64,000 bases of DNA from Ginglymostoma cirratum (Eukaryota). The notes under the pieces are model-generated. The model saw nothing but the letters and a program-made list of their open reading frames with translations, was not told the origin of the DNA and did no database searches. Location of the stretch: assembly GCA_024137785.1 (NCBI GenBank), contig JAHRHZ010000218.1:10129624-10193623 (forward strand), given 5' to 3'. Below, piece by piece: positions 51,380-63,900 of the stretch. Positions within the stretch are counted from its first letter, which is position 1. Every line of letters starts with the position of its first letter. The position numbers and the translations under genes are program-made.

Positions 51380-52750
51380 TCTCAAAAACAGTGTCCATTG
51401 TGAAGAAAAAAAAGCACATTTATAAAATTGTTTGTCACTTTCAGACGATGTAGAAGTAGAACACAGTTTCAGAGCAGTAAAAATCCAAATGCTTACTCAT
51501 ACGAATAGGTCAATATAGAACATCCTCCGATGGAAGAGATGCGCAAAGTATTTCCAGGAGATATTGGTGATCAAACTGACTCAAATTTGGTAGAACTTGT
51601 GTCTGATGATGAACATTCTGCTAATTTTAAGTCTGATACAGGCATGGGTGTCAGCGTCCTATCAGATCAAATTCCATGGCTGAAGAAAGACATGACAGAA
51701 ATGAAACTGCATGGTGCAGGTGGAACAACTCTAAACAGTAAGAGCATGCTACAAGTTAAACTGCAACATGGAGTGTAAGAGAATTGAAATATGTATGTGG
51801 TTCATAGCCAACATATCTCACTTCTGCACCTTCAGACATGTCTTGACCTCACATCCTTAAAATAGCAAAAAAAAAATTCAACTGGTTCCAGGAGAACAGC
51901 TGGTTCAGAGACAAGTCAATGTCAACTGCCTGTCAAGTAGCAACTGGTGCAAGATTTCACTTGACTTCCCAGATCATGGGAAACCCAAAAAGAAGGAAGA
52001 ATATTTTGTGATTACACTTGTTAGCATAAGAGAATTATTCCTTACTGTCAACGGGGAGGAAGCTGCATACTTTACAGAAGTTGTGGAAATGTTTTCTACT
52101 CCTATCATCACTAAAGGAAATTTAGAAGACAACAATCAGCAAAGTTTCAAGATACCGAGAACAATAATCAACTCTACAACCCATTAGAGCTCATCAAGGA
52201 AACTCTGGCTGAAATTTTTCAGACAGCAAACCAGCCCACTCAGCAAACCGATCCAGCAGATTTGATTTTATTGCCCAATGATGAGCCAACACAAGTTCAA
52301 GAGCAGCATTCCAATCTTTTGTCTTTTAAAGAAGATTGATCAGTATCTATGACAGAGACAATGCCATGTAAACAGCAATTTTCCAGTAATGTGATTGAGG
52401 ATATGAAATTGTCTGGTCCATCAGAAAGACATCCAAAAATGTGGAATAAAGACACTGCAACTCCTCTTCCAGTTGAAGTAAAGAGCTTACATACTTCAAA
52501 ACAGATGTATCAGCAGATTGAGAATAAAGACTTGTTGAACAAAATAAAGTACATGTGACTTCATGGAAGTGAAGCGTCCATTGATTCAAGTCAAAGATCA
52601 ACCAATCATTACATTCTAAGAGAATGTGTTCAATAACAACTGTGAACTTTCCGGATCACCTGAATTTATGAAGGCAGGGACGTAGGGAGAGATGGAGTTG
52701 TAGTAAATAACACTTGAATGTAAATATTATCTATGGGTTAATTATGTTCC
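51380..52750 (+). mobile_element. Internally deleted Gypsy LTR-retrotransposon remnant (gag zinc knuckle, protease, PPT)
   Basis: CxxC...H-like knuckle near 51390; FKSDTGMGVSVLSDQIPWL aspartic protease DTG motif; purine tract gggagaga|tg near 52690. Confidence 0.75.
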
Positions 52751-53531
52751 TTATCCAATTAGTAGATAGAGAAATCACTTTCCATGCATTCATAATTTTC
52801 CAAGTTAAAATCCTTGTAAGCACCATCCCTGGTGACAATATTAGACTACAGAGTCATCATATATTCACATCTTGTTGAAAAAAAGAATTGTACAAAATGA
52901 TCATTATTAACTTGCACTACATTATGACACAAATTAGTAAAATTAGTACAAATTCAGTAAAAGCGGCTCATAATTTTCCACTCTTTAAAATCTAGTAGAT
53001 GAAAACTGTGAGCACCTTGTTCCCAATGTTGCAATAAACTCTTCCATCCTGCTAAGTCTGTGCAGTTAGGTACTGAAGAAGAAAATATGTGGTCAATTTG
53101 TATTAGACCACTAAGCAGTACAATACTTCAATGCCCTCTTTACAGACTGACTGCTGCATTGCATTACCTCACTGTATTCTCACCTCTCTTAAAGCATAAG
53201 AAGCACCTACCAGATCACTGTCTGTGCTATGACAGTGAGCACACAATAACTTGACAATGTCCTTCATACAATTTCTCATTATTTCCTAGCAAGAACTGGT
53301 AATTCATTCACCTACGAATGCAATGAAGATTTGAGTGAATATTTTGAATAGAATATTACTAGCTCATGAACAATATAGGTATTGGTTAGTTAGTTGGGAA
53401 AATAGTGAAAGATTAATAGAAATGAGATTCCTGACATCATGTTTGATTTTTCCAAACAAGTTTTGAGTGACAAGATAAAAGTTTTGCTCATGAGAGGTGA
53501 GGGGACTATTTGCATCCAATAATTACTTCAT

Positions 53532-53841
53532 CATAGATTCCCTACAATGTGGGAACAGGCCCTTTGGCCCAATAAATCCACACCAACCCTCAGAGCATCC
53601 CACCCAGACCCATCCCCCTAATCTACACACCCCTGAACACTACAGGCAATTTAGCATGGCCAATCCACCTAGCCTGCACATCTTTGAACTGTGGGAGGAA
53701 ACTGGAGCACCCGGAGGAAACCCATGCAGGCACAGGGAGAATGCGCAATCTCCACACAGACAGTCGCCCAGGCGTGGAATCAAACCTGGCTCCCTGGCGC
53801 TATGAGGCAGCAGTGCTAACTACAGAGCCACTGTGTTGCCC
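53532..53841 (-). mobile_element. Near full-length HE1-type SINE
   Basis: Head gggcaacacagtggctctgtagttagcactgctgcctca...ggtttgattcc; central gtgggaggaaactggagcacccggaggaaacccatgcag; HER1-like tail. Confidence 0.93.
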
Positions 53842-53899
53842 TTCTTTTCACCTCACTGATATGCAGTTTCCTATTTCCACCATCAAGACAACACCTTAT

Positions 53900-54620
53900 G
53901 AAAAATCTCCATCTCCATCTCTATCTTTGAGAAAGAAACCATGCATCCCTCAGAGGTTACACTGACAAGGCTGCCTCCTGTACCCTCCAACATCTCAGAT
54001 ACTAACACCTTAGTGGGTACTTCTGCGAGATAAGAGTCAGGAGCACATACCAGTGAGTACTTCAGTGCCATGTCTCTGCAGCTGGTCCAGGAAGAAAATT
54101 CCTAGGTCACTGCCACTCAGGAGTACTGGAGACCAGGTGCTCGCTCAGGCCCAGGCTCGCTCAGCCTCAGACCCAGGTCCTCCCCAGAGGATGCTATGTT
54201 GCTGGAATTAACAACTTCATACAACTGCATAAGCTGACATAAGGAGGTGCACAGCTTTGACAGAGGCACTGGGCAAATTGACTCAAAGTTTGGAGCACTC
54301 TATGAGTGTTGTTTGTATTGTGTTACCCATGGCATGCAAACACCTGGCTGCCTCCATGGACAGTCCGGAGGACACCACACAGTGTATAGTGGATATACAC
54401 AAAGATATCCACTTCATTGCTTTAGCCATTGGTACACAACACCAATAGCAATGAGATGGGGGTCAAGGGATCTTGACTTCATTCCAAGTGTGCCTTCTTC
54501 ACAAGATTCCCTCTACTCCAGCTACAGACTCCCTCCACTCCAGCTGCAGAATTTGGGACTGCTCCTAGACATAGTGAGAGGTAAAGGTAGAAGAAGATCA
54601 CATGGGTACACATTAGCAAG
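53900..54620 (+). mobile_element. Harbinger Myb-gene C-terminal fossil
   Basis: taccctccaacatctcagatactaacaccttagtggg and downstream sequence resemble the low-complexity tail of these genes (pattern recognition only). Confidence 0.35.
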
Positions 54621-55317
54621 ATAGGTGACATTTCATGGTAAATACTTTCCTATATTTGTAAATATACATCCACTTTGCATCATCCCCTGTGTGAGTTACA
54701 GTCATTTTGGCTGCAACTACAAGATTTAAGCTGCAACAGCTAGTCATCCTAAAGCTCCTTAATGTCTAACCGTGTCTGAACAATAGCCAGCTTGTCCATA
54801 GCACCCATATTAGCATAAAACTTTGCTGGAATGAATAAGGGCGTATCAAATCTTGTGAAGGCTTACATCTGTTTGTAACCTGAAGTTCTATTAAACTGCA
54901 TGAACTGCAGCAAAAAATCAGCTGCACTTGCAGTTCAGATTACAAAAGAGATGTTGTCCTCATCTTGACTTATTGCACCTTATTGTGGGCTTTTTTTCAC
55001 CTTGGAATGTGACAAAGGGAGAGACTGAGTGGAATAAAAGTGCCTGGCACAAGTGTTAGTGCTGGTTCAGGTAGAGGAAAGGTGGCCCTGAATGAGTGAG
55101 TAGGTAACATGCAAGGCATGCATAGTTAGTAGTCTGGTGTGTTGGAGTGGATGAGAGCAAATGAGGCAAGATGTTGCATGAGAGTGTTAATTGGGAGGTG
55201 GTGCAGTAGCAGAGACAGACTGAGTGTGGCTTAACAGAGAGAAAATAATGGTATTTACCTTCCTAGAGTGAAGAAGGTGATTGATCTTCTTGCAGCATTG
55301 CTGAGTGTTTCTCTAGA

Positions 55318-55732
55318 GCAACGACTGGAGCGTAGGACGTTGAGGAGTGACCTTATACAAGTTTACAAAATCATGAGGCATACAGATAAGGTGAATGGCA
55401 GATGTCTTTTCCATAGGGTGGAAGATTTCAAAACTGGGGCATATCTTTTAAGATGAGGGAGAAAGTTTTAAAAAAAGACATGAGGCAATTGTTTTTGCAT
55501 GCGTGGTTCATGTGTGGAATAAACTTTCAGAGGAAGTAGTGGACATGGGTGCAGTTACAACATTTAAAAGACATTTAGACAAGTATTTGAATAAGGAATG
55601 TTTGGAGTGATATGGGACAAGCACAGGCAGGTACAGCTACTTTAGTTTGGGATTATGGTCGGCATGAACTGGTTGGATTAAAGGGTCTGTTTCTATGCTG
55701 TTTGATTCTATGACTCTATGACTCTTCTATGA
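55318..55732 (+). mobile_element. CR1/HER1 LINE 3' fragment
   Basis: LERRTLRSDLIQVYKIMR; (ctatga)-type tail. Confidence 0.92.
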
Positions 55733-55834
55733 TCTTTGTGGTAACTTTTGGCCAAACTGGCAGGGTCTGGTCTCCTCACGCGCCTGAGGAAAGAGGATGG
55801 CTTCCTCTTCACCACCTTGTCCACCAATACCTCC

Positions 55835-56105
55835 GAAGAACAAAGAAAAATATAGCACAGGAACACATTTTGCCCTTCCATATTTAAACTGTCTTCACAG
55901 GATCCGCATTCCTCTATTCTCTTCCTATTGGTTATTCAGCCAGTGTTTTTTGAATGTTGTTATTGTCTCTGCTTCCATCACATCCTTTGGCAGTGTGTTG
56001 CAGTCACCCATTACCCTCTGTGTGAAAAAATTGCCTTGCACAGCTCTTTTAAAAGAACAAAGAACAATGCAGGCCAGGAACAGGCCCTTTGGCCCTCCAA
56101 ACCTG
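55835..56105 (-). mobile_element. Two tandem CR1 3' ends (gaacaaagaa-type tail)
   Basis: QGNFFTQRVMGDCNTLPKDVMEAETITTFKKHW; tails at about 55836 and 56052. Confidence 0.8.
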
Positions 56106-57289
56106 CTCCATGTTTCTGTGAACAAAGTATGCAGCTAGTTTGCCTCTATGAGCTATCTGTGGGGCTACTCTTGAGAAAAAGGAACCACACAGGACAACTC
56201 TGAACTGACGGTGTTCATCCTGATGCTCAACTGCTTTTTAAACGTGGCACTGTTGTGACAGTACTGTCACCTAGGAAGGATAGGATGAGAGAGGGATAGT
56301 GCATACGCAATGAGATGGGTTTCAGAAGGTAGTATGCGAAAACCCGTCAGGGGTCCCAGGGCGAAAGTCTCCTAGAAACTCACTAGAAACGACATTTAGA
56401 CGAATTCTGGTAAAATTGTTTCCAGATGTGGAAAGGCTCAAGTTAAGTTGTATTTTTTAAGCTATTGCTGTTCAGTTGTGTGTTAGGAATATTTATGTTA
56501 ATCGTCAAGACATTGCTAATATTTAGCAACCTCATCAATAGTAGCACAATGTGTTTCTCTGTGGCATTTCAGTTTTAATTGTGGACTTGTATTTTTTGAA
56601 GGAAGAAGAGGAAGTAGACAGGTAGGCATCCTGTCGCTGGTATTTATACACATACCTCGACAGACAGAGGTGTGCACAGTTCGATCTGTGCCAATTTCCA
56701 AGGGAGGCCACTGCATAGTTCTGTAACAAACTTCAAGATGACTGCAAACTGTCTCCTCTATAGGGAAGTCACTGGCACTGGCTGTCAAGGTAACATCTGT
56801 TCTTAACTTTCATGCTTCAAGATTATTCAAGGCTTCTACTGCAGACATCAGTAATATAAGGTAATCAGTTATTCAAAGATGCATTGTTAGCTTGAGGCAG
56901 AGAATTAACAAAGAAAAGGCGAGGTTGATGTAATTTTACAGTGAGGATGGATTTCTGTAGGTCAAGGGAATGTTAGATAGCATCTGTTTGGTGCTTCATG
57001 CTCCATTGTATAATGATACTACCGTCATAAATTGGAAGGAATTCGATTTTGTATAAATAAAAGACTTGAGTGTATACAGCACATGACACAACCTTGCATG
57101 GTCCTCTGATTTGGGATATTCTCACAAGTGAAAACATTTTCTCTACACCTCACATATCAAATCAATTCATTGTTTTAAATACCAGGTCACTGCTCAGCAT
57201 TTACTTTCCTAGGGGAAAGAGCCTCAACCCATTTAGACTTTTCTGATTAATATACCTTCTCAATTAGTTATTTGGTCATACAGAATTTA

Positions 57290-57990
57290 AGCATTGCTGA
57301 GAAAAGACACATTTTGTCAAAGTTTTTCATCTTGCACTTATGAGGGCAATTTGCAATAAGTGCCAAAGTAAAAAGAAATAATATTTATGCTGTATGAAAG
57401 GATTGTCAGGCAAGTGGACTCTGATTGGCAGGAGTGTCCTATGATGAATACACCAGTTAATGATGACTAACTGCAAGTGCAATGTGGTATATGAATGTTA
57501 GTGTCAGTATGATGCCAGGTATGTAGGTCATTTGTAATAAAGAATAATTGGTTGTGTCAAACACCATATCAGTTTGGGTGTTTGCCACAAGCAAGGAACT
57601 GACTGTATATTAGTTAGCCATTCATCTCGCAAAACTCATAACAGTGTCCACCATTGGATATGATTCTGCATTTGGACATATTTGCTGAATAAACATCAGT
57701 ATACAAAGAATTACACTGACAACCAAGTTAGCATTATCAGTCAGGCTTGCAGTTTAAACACTTTGATACACAGGGCCCTGTTCTTTGTAGTCAGACAGAA
57801 TATATGCTCAGACTGCACCTGTTTCAACTCAACAAAATAGGTGACAATTATACTCTCATTAATTCAACCAGGCATGCCTTGATCAATCAGGATCAGCCTG
57901 CCTGGGTTGGAATTTAAATAACACACAGCAGTTAACTGCCAATCATCATTAATTGGTACTTTTTTATGGAAACCAGTCCATCAGCACCCT
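57290..57990 (+). mobile_element. Penelope-like element (second family): inverted terminal repeat + GIY-YIG fossil
   Basis: NVVYEC*CQYDARYVGH (57481-57531) GIY-YIG motif; 57420-57474 is an inverted homolog of 57928-57985; degenerate hammerhead on the minus strand at about 57313-57350. Confidence 0.8.
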
Positions 57991-58791
57991 CCTGGAATAC
58001 ATGACTATTGTAATGAGCTGTAGTGTAGGTAGCACTTTGTGTGACAATGTGGATGCTGGTGAGAAGGAATGTCATCTGTGACTGAAAAAAAATTGAATAT
58101 TTGACAACATGCTATCATGATCTCCCTTTATGGAAATGAAGAAGCTCAGGCTACAGTCCTACCTAGGAGTCAGCTTGAAGGATGGAATGGATGTCATGAT
58201 ATTTGATGCAATTAGTATTTTGGGGTAAATGAACAGAAGGTTGTGAGTGACAGAATCCTTTCAGGTGAAGGTATGAGGTTCAACATGTACACCTACTGAA
58301 TGTCAGGCAGTCATAAGAGTAGAAGGCTCTTAAAGAGCATATAAGAATGAGTACAGAATTGTAAGTTTGTAAATTTCAAGTGCTCTATTAATGCAATGAT
58401 TTATTCCCCTACCTTGTTTGACTTAGTCACTGAAGTGGTGTGACATTGACTCACTATGCATGAGGTGTGGTCATAACTAACCACCACCTCCTCCTGAAGG
58501 ACCCATTATTGAAGAAAGCTGCCTTCTTGTGCCTGACTTGCTGCACAAGAATGAACAATCATCTGTCTTCTTGCGCTCCTCATTGATATTTTATTACCGA
58601 ATGACATGCTGTTTTTCATAGTGGGAGCTCTCACTGTGACTCTTCATGTAGCTTCTGGCATCTAAATCCAAGAGATTGTCCTATATGAAATTCTTGGTAA
58701 GCTCTAAATTATAGGGATTCTCAATGTCAGGTACATATCCACATTACAATAATGTTACCGCTCCTCAGGGGACAAGGTTGGCAAATATAAG

Positions 58792-59004
58792 AACAAAAAC
58801 AAAGTTGCTGGAAAAGCTCAGCAGGTCTGGCAGCATCTGTGAAGAGAATGTCAGAGTTAACGTTTCGGGTCTGGTGACCTTTCCTCAGGCCCTTAAACGT
58901 TAACACTGATTTTTTTCATCACAGATGCTGCAAGACCCACTGAGCTTTTCGAGCAACTAGTTTTTGTTCCTGATTTACAGCATCCACAGTTCTTTTGGTT
59001 TTAT
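58792..59004. mobile_element. Fold-back Penelope-derived mini-element with 14-bp TSD
   Basis: Arms aacaaaaacaaagttgctggaaaagctcag...agttaacgttt / aaacgttaac...ctgagcttttcgagcaactagtttttgtt; TSD ttggcaaatataag / ttggcaaatttaag; minus-strand hammerhead core at 58851-58888. Confidence 0.92.
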
Positions 59005-59045
59005 TTGGCAAATTTAAGGTCTCACAAGTGCTTTCCACACACCAT

Positions 59046-59456
59046 TGGCTGCATTTTTCCTTTTCCTGGAGGTGGCAAGAAAGGATATGCCTTCCCATTC
59101 ATCATTTCATCAATTGAGTGCAGGATGTGAACATCCACTGGGGGCTTACTTGACTCATTAAAAATTAAGATTCTCAAGTAGTCAATTAACAGTCAGTTAA
59201 GGGCCTCGACTCACCACTGGCTTTCAATGGCTGGTTTCCCATCTGCTGACTGGCTAGCAGCTTCTGGAGAGGTCGGACTGGACTCTCAAGGCCTGTGGCT
59301 TCCTGGTAAGCGCACTTGTCAGCTTGTAACAAACTGATTGATTCACAATTTGAATGGTGGTGAGGTTAGTGAGTTAGTCACCTACTAATCTATCTACTCA
59401 TCATCTAGTCATGGATTGCACCTATACTTGGACTACAAATCGAAAAATTGCAGCCC
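59046..59456. mobile_element. MITE-like element with Harbinger-style TIRs
   Basis: tggctgcattttt ... aaaaattgcagccc; no clear TSD. Confidence 0.5.
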
Positions 59457-59479
59457 ATATTACTTCCCCAGATGGCATA

Positions 59480-59760
59480 ACCTGAGAATAAATAGTCACA
59501 CATTTAAGACACAAATGAAGACAGAAATTTCTACTCTCAGAGGGCTATAAGTGTATGGAATTCTGGACTCCAGGGGGCTCTTGAGAGTGAGTCATTAAGT
59601 ATACTCAAGCTTGAGGTAGACAAATGTTTCAATTGTAAGAAAATCAAGAGTTATCAGGATAAGATAGGTGAGTAGAGTTGAGGATTATAATGATCTATTT
59701 GATCAGAGCAGACTAACTGGGCTGAATGGCCTACTGATGCTTCTACATCTTATGGTCTTG
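59480..59760 (+). mobile_element. CR1 LINE 3' fragment
   Basis: gaaatttctactctcagaggg...tggaattct; 3' UTR gggctgaatggcctact...tcttatggtctt. Confidence 0.85.
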
Positions 59761-60624
59761 CCTAATACCACGAACCACCCTAAGGTATGAAGAATGCACT
59801 AATTCACAGGGCTGCCCTCGATCAGTGTAATAAGCACTTTACATCAATAATGTTTAAATACAGCTCAATGATAAGGAATATTCATTACCAAGAGGTATTG
59901 CTCTTGGAACAGGATTTCTGAAAACTACAAAGCCCATATTCTAAAGTTGATTAGATGTTCATTTAGAATTTGCAAAGCACACAGAAAACGTCTAATGATA
60001 ACATACATTACACACTATACTGAATCGAGTTCTAAAGTGTTTGGCTCTAGACAAAACTACACTATGGACTGAAAGCCAATTTATAAAATGGATAACCACA
60101 GGGATTATTATTTTGGCTCGCTAAGGACTTTGTATTAAAGTGTTATGCTTGGATCAGGAATTCTACACAATGGGAGTGAATGGGATGTGGTTTATTCCAT
60201 TGGAATTCTACACAATTAGGAATCACAGTGACTGCTTTAGTTGACTGTGCTGAATAGCATATTTCCACTGAATCTCCTAATTCATTTTGTCTCCTCATGC
60301 AGAGCATTGGACCAAAATCTCTTTGGCTCCAGTTCACTTGCATGTGTGCAATGGAGCAGAATTCATAGCCACTGAAAATAAAGACTGCCAACCTTGTCCT
60401 AAATTACACGGGGACCATAGTTCATGTTGTCATGCATGGTAGATCATTGCCCCCCACTGCATCTGGAATGTTGAATGTTGGAGTCTGCCATAATAATGTT
60501 GGAATGGCCAAATGAAAACAAATTGGGTTCAAGTTTGAACTTCACAAGAGAATATTAGGGCATTACTGCTAGACGATAGGTCCCCTCCATGATCAATTAA
60601 CTGCTCCCAAAGGCACTCGAGAAG

Positions 60625-60745
60625 TCTGATGGTGCATTGAGTAGTAGCCCTCTGTTTGAGCCAGAAACTACAGATTCAAGTCCCAGCCTTATGATGGTCA
60701 AAGAAGGCACATTTATAGCCAGACCAAATAGGTTGAGTATCAAAA
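60625..60745 (+). mobile_element. tRNA-derived SINE head (family C-like)
   Basis: tggtgcattgagtagt...agattcaagtccc A/B-box-like motifs. Confidence 0.45.
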
Positions 60746-60757
60746 TACAAATCAAGA

Positions 60758-60965
60758 AAGGGTAAAGTCGCCATAGTCTTACCAGACTGTAACTCTACTG
60801 TATAATTGGAGAGGGACAACTGGTGGCAGTTTAACCTGAAGGTCACTATGCCTCAGACAACATGAGAGGTTGAGAAGTAGAGTCCTTTGTGGTAGCTATA
60901 AGTCGTGTAGGAATTGATTCCACATTGTTGACATCACTCTACATTGCAAACCAGCCAGTCAACCC
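60758..60965 (-). mobile_element. tRNA-derived SINE (family D)
   Basis: ggtaaagtcgccatagtc...tttaacctgaaggtcactatgcctcag...attgcaaaccagcca, reverse homolog of 16004-16225. Confidence 0.8.
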
Positions 60966-63900
60966 TGTTTCCAACTGATGTATTTCAATGGCAGGCAATA
61001 AGAAAGGTGGAGCTTCCTGGTTGGCTATTTGACGCGATGACTTTTGGAGACTCCGCAATAACTTTCTGTAGCTCAAGCTGAGAACTTCCATGTAAATATG
61101 TACATTCTCACAGAAACATAGAGTGAATTTCAGCATCTATCTCATGTCTTTTCTGTATACCAAAAACAGAAAGTGTACCATGCCTCAAAAGTTTTGGCGT
61201 ATTTTTCAGAAGGTGTTTCGGATAGATTTACCTTTGATATTCACTGGGGCTTGCAATTGACTCTTTGTTGAATTTTCTTGGCCTTTTCTCCATTGGGAGG
61301 TTTCACAAATCAAATTGGATTCCATCCAACTTTCCACTCCATCCATTGACTTCAGGAGAAACACTCAAAGTATACACTGCACATTGGGAGGAATTTTGGC
61401 CCCAAAGCTGTATAAACAAATATTATGACAATATTTCAATATTATTGCCACAAACTAAAAGACATTATGAACTGTTGCAGCTCAGTGAGCTGGATTTTCC
61501 ATTGGATGGGCATTAACAACTTGCAAATGACAATAAAGCCAGGTAGTTTTTGCTGCTTGCTAAGTTAGCAATATTCTTCCACGTTTCGGTGCCAGTAGTG
61601 TGGAGTGTACTGGTGGAATGAACAAGTGGTAAATTTAGTCAGTATGGACTGGTTTGAAAAAATATTACCATACCCTGCAGGCAACTACTGCTGAATATCA
61701 TTCAAATGCAAGGCTGGAGTCCTGGCTGGATTACAGTGAGAGAGAAACTGGAAGGAAAACAACTATTCTATCGATTCACTTCTGATTAGTCTATTCGACC
61801 TTCATTAGCAATAGCCTATCGTTATCAGGAGTGGGACGGTTTTGTCTTGCAGCTGCTATTAATGCCAAATAAAACTTTTAAAACAATTGAGTGAGACGTT
61901 TGGGTCTAGGCCAAACCATGTAAGCTCGAGTTGTACACCCTTGTTAGTATTTCCCAATGACGATGTGCACTTAGGGAATCTTTGTTTAAAAAAGGAATTG
62001 CCTTTGAGATGTTACTTTCCCTTTTTCATGCTAAAGGCATAAAATAAAGAATATTTGAGCATCCCAAGCAAGGCAATTAAGACCTTACTTCAGCAACTTG
62101 TAGCCATAAATCTTAAGCCAAAAATTTTGTTGATTAAAATCATTATTTATATTGCCAACATCTTAATTATATCCAAAACTAGTCTCAGCTCAACATATGT
62201 GTAGACATCCCCAAAAGGTACTGTTTATCTGACCAAGCTGCATGTAACATCATCCCCTTCCAAATCTAATTTGAGGGTTACAACATGTTACAGCTATAAA
62301 ATTCTTAATATCAAGGAGTTAAGAACATGCTTTCTTCAGCAGATGACCTCCTTATATAGAGACAACTATAAACAAACTCAAGCTCTTATTAAATGGAGTC
62401 AGATTTTCCAATAAAATACAAGTCCTCATATAGAAGTTGTTCTTATTAGTGCTTCTACTTTTTCTTTTTGTTACTGCAAATCTCCACTTTGCAAACAGCC
62501 CATTACAAAAAGACTATTGGCCTTCAGTATTCCATTTTTAAATAAAGAAATGTGACTTGATGATCCCCAGCAGAAATCTAATCTGAACACATTATTATTC
62601 CAGCCTTTCCCTCCATGATGCCTTGCGTATCTAATGATGTCGTACATGTTTTGCTAGCAACCAAATTAATAACAAATGCTCGAAAAAGTTGCAAAGCCAC
62701 AGGGTTCTCTCAGCTCTGCCTCAGTCCAGAGGGTACAGACAGAACTGCTAGTGTTTGAGATAAAGTCAAAATGCAAGATCAAGAACTGTTTCAAGGACGA
62801 GAGGCAACACAATCATGTGATATTGAGGAAAGCCCACAGCTTCCAGTCTTGACTAACTACTTGATAATTAAATGGCCTCAATTAAGTTAAATGCCTTATT
62901 CTTCTGAGCAACAGAATCACAAGCAGGAAATGTTCACCCCTTTTCACAACAACGTCTTTGTAGCCTTTCTGCGGCCTCTCCTCACCCTGGCAGCCAGGAT
63001 GCCTGTAGCAATGTGTTTTTTTTGTTAAAGAGAGTAAGATTTCACTGTTAGCAGCACATGAATTTAATAAGCAAAGAGTGCCAGGATTGTATTAGACTGA
63101 AATCTTACTCTGCCTTGCTGCTTTCTGTTTTGCTATGCACTATATGTAAGGTATTCTGTGTTATCTTCAATCCTTGCACATCGTGTGCTTTTTTCTTGTG
63201 GTCGAGTTAGACATTTTTGTATAGATGGAAATCTGTGGGCTTTAAAAGCGTCTGACTTCTTTTTAAGTCGCTGTTTTCTTCAGAGCTTTTGGATAATTGG
63301 TAAGTCATATTTATTGCTGATTACACATTGGATGGTGGCATTTGGTGTTGGGCTTTCTAGAATGTATGAAAGAGAAATAGGATCCCCAGATGTTTTATTG
63401 ACTGGTTAGACATGTATTGTTTTCAGACTGCTGCACAACTGTTGTGTGTGGGAGGAATTAAAGAAAAACTGAGTTTCAGCCTCCCATCTTCCAAGCCTTT
63501 CTGATTCTCAGTAATTGACCAACGTGTTCACTTTCTGTTACTGGCATCTTCACATCCTCGCTAGAACAACAGTGGGCATCAGTTAGTAGACAGCATTCAG
63601 TTCTATTTTTCACAACAATTGTCTTTTTCTGAGTAGGATACTTCAGTATTAAAACTACTGACAAACAGAATCAAAGGACTTCAATTGTTTTAAAATCCAT
63701 GGATTGTAATATTCAATTAACAGGCAAATCTTATAAGCTAGTAACGTCCTATTAACACCTGTATGCATAGCATTCATACTAATTCTAAAATATGCGGGGG
63801 CTGGATCTCATGCTGCCCACTGGCATGTTTGATGACAAGATGGCACATAAAAGCTCCATGCCTGCCCCAGACCAGTCTGAAATTTTATGTAGGGTTAGAG

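Larger units (their letters stand above)
55250..56420 (-). mobile_element. Harbinger fossil; Myb/SANT first exon split by LINE insertions
   Basis: GKLAAYFVHRNME (56145-56105) | EVLVDKVVKR..ILFP (55834-55735) | RNTQQCCKKINHLLHSRK plus donor gtaaat (55313-55253). Confidence 0.75.

Noticed and set aside
53770-53841. tRNA gene
   Set aside because: It is the tRNA-derived head of an HE1-type SINE; the same applies to the heads at 3500, 3980, 8085 and 16004
60157-60216. Repeat-spacer-repeat resembling CRISPR
   Set aside because: Only two 15-bp repeats, eukaryotic context and no cas genes
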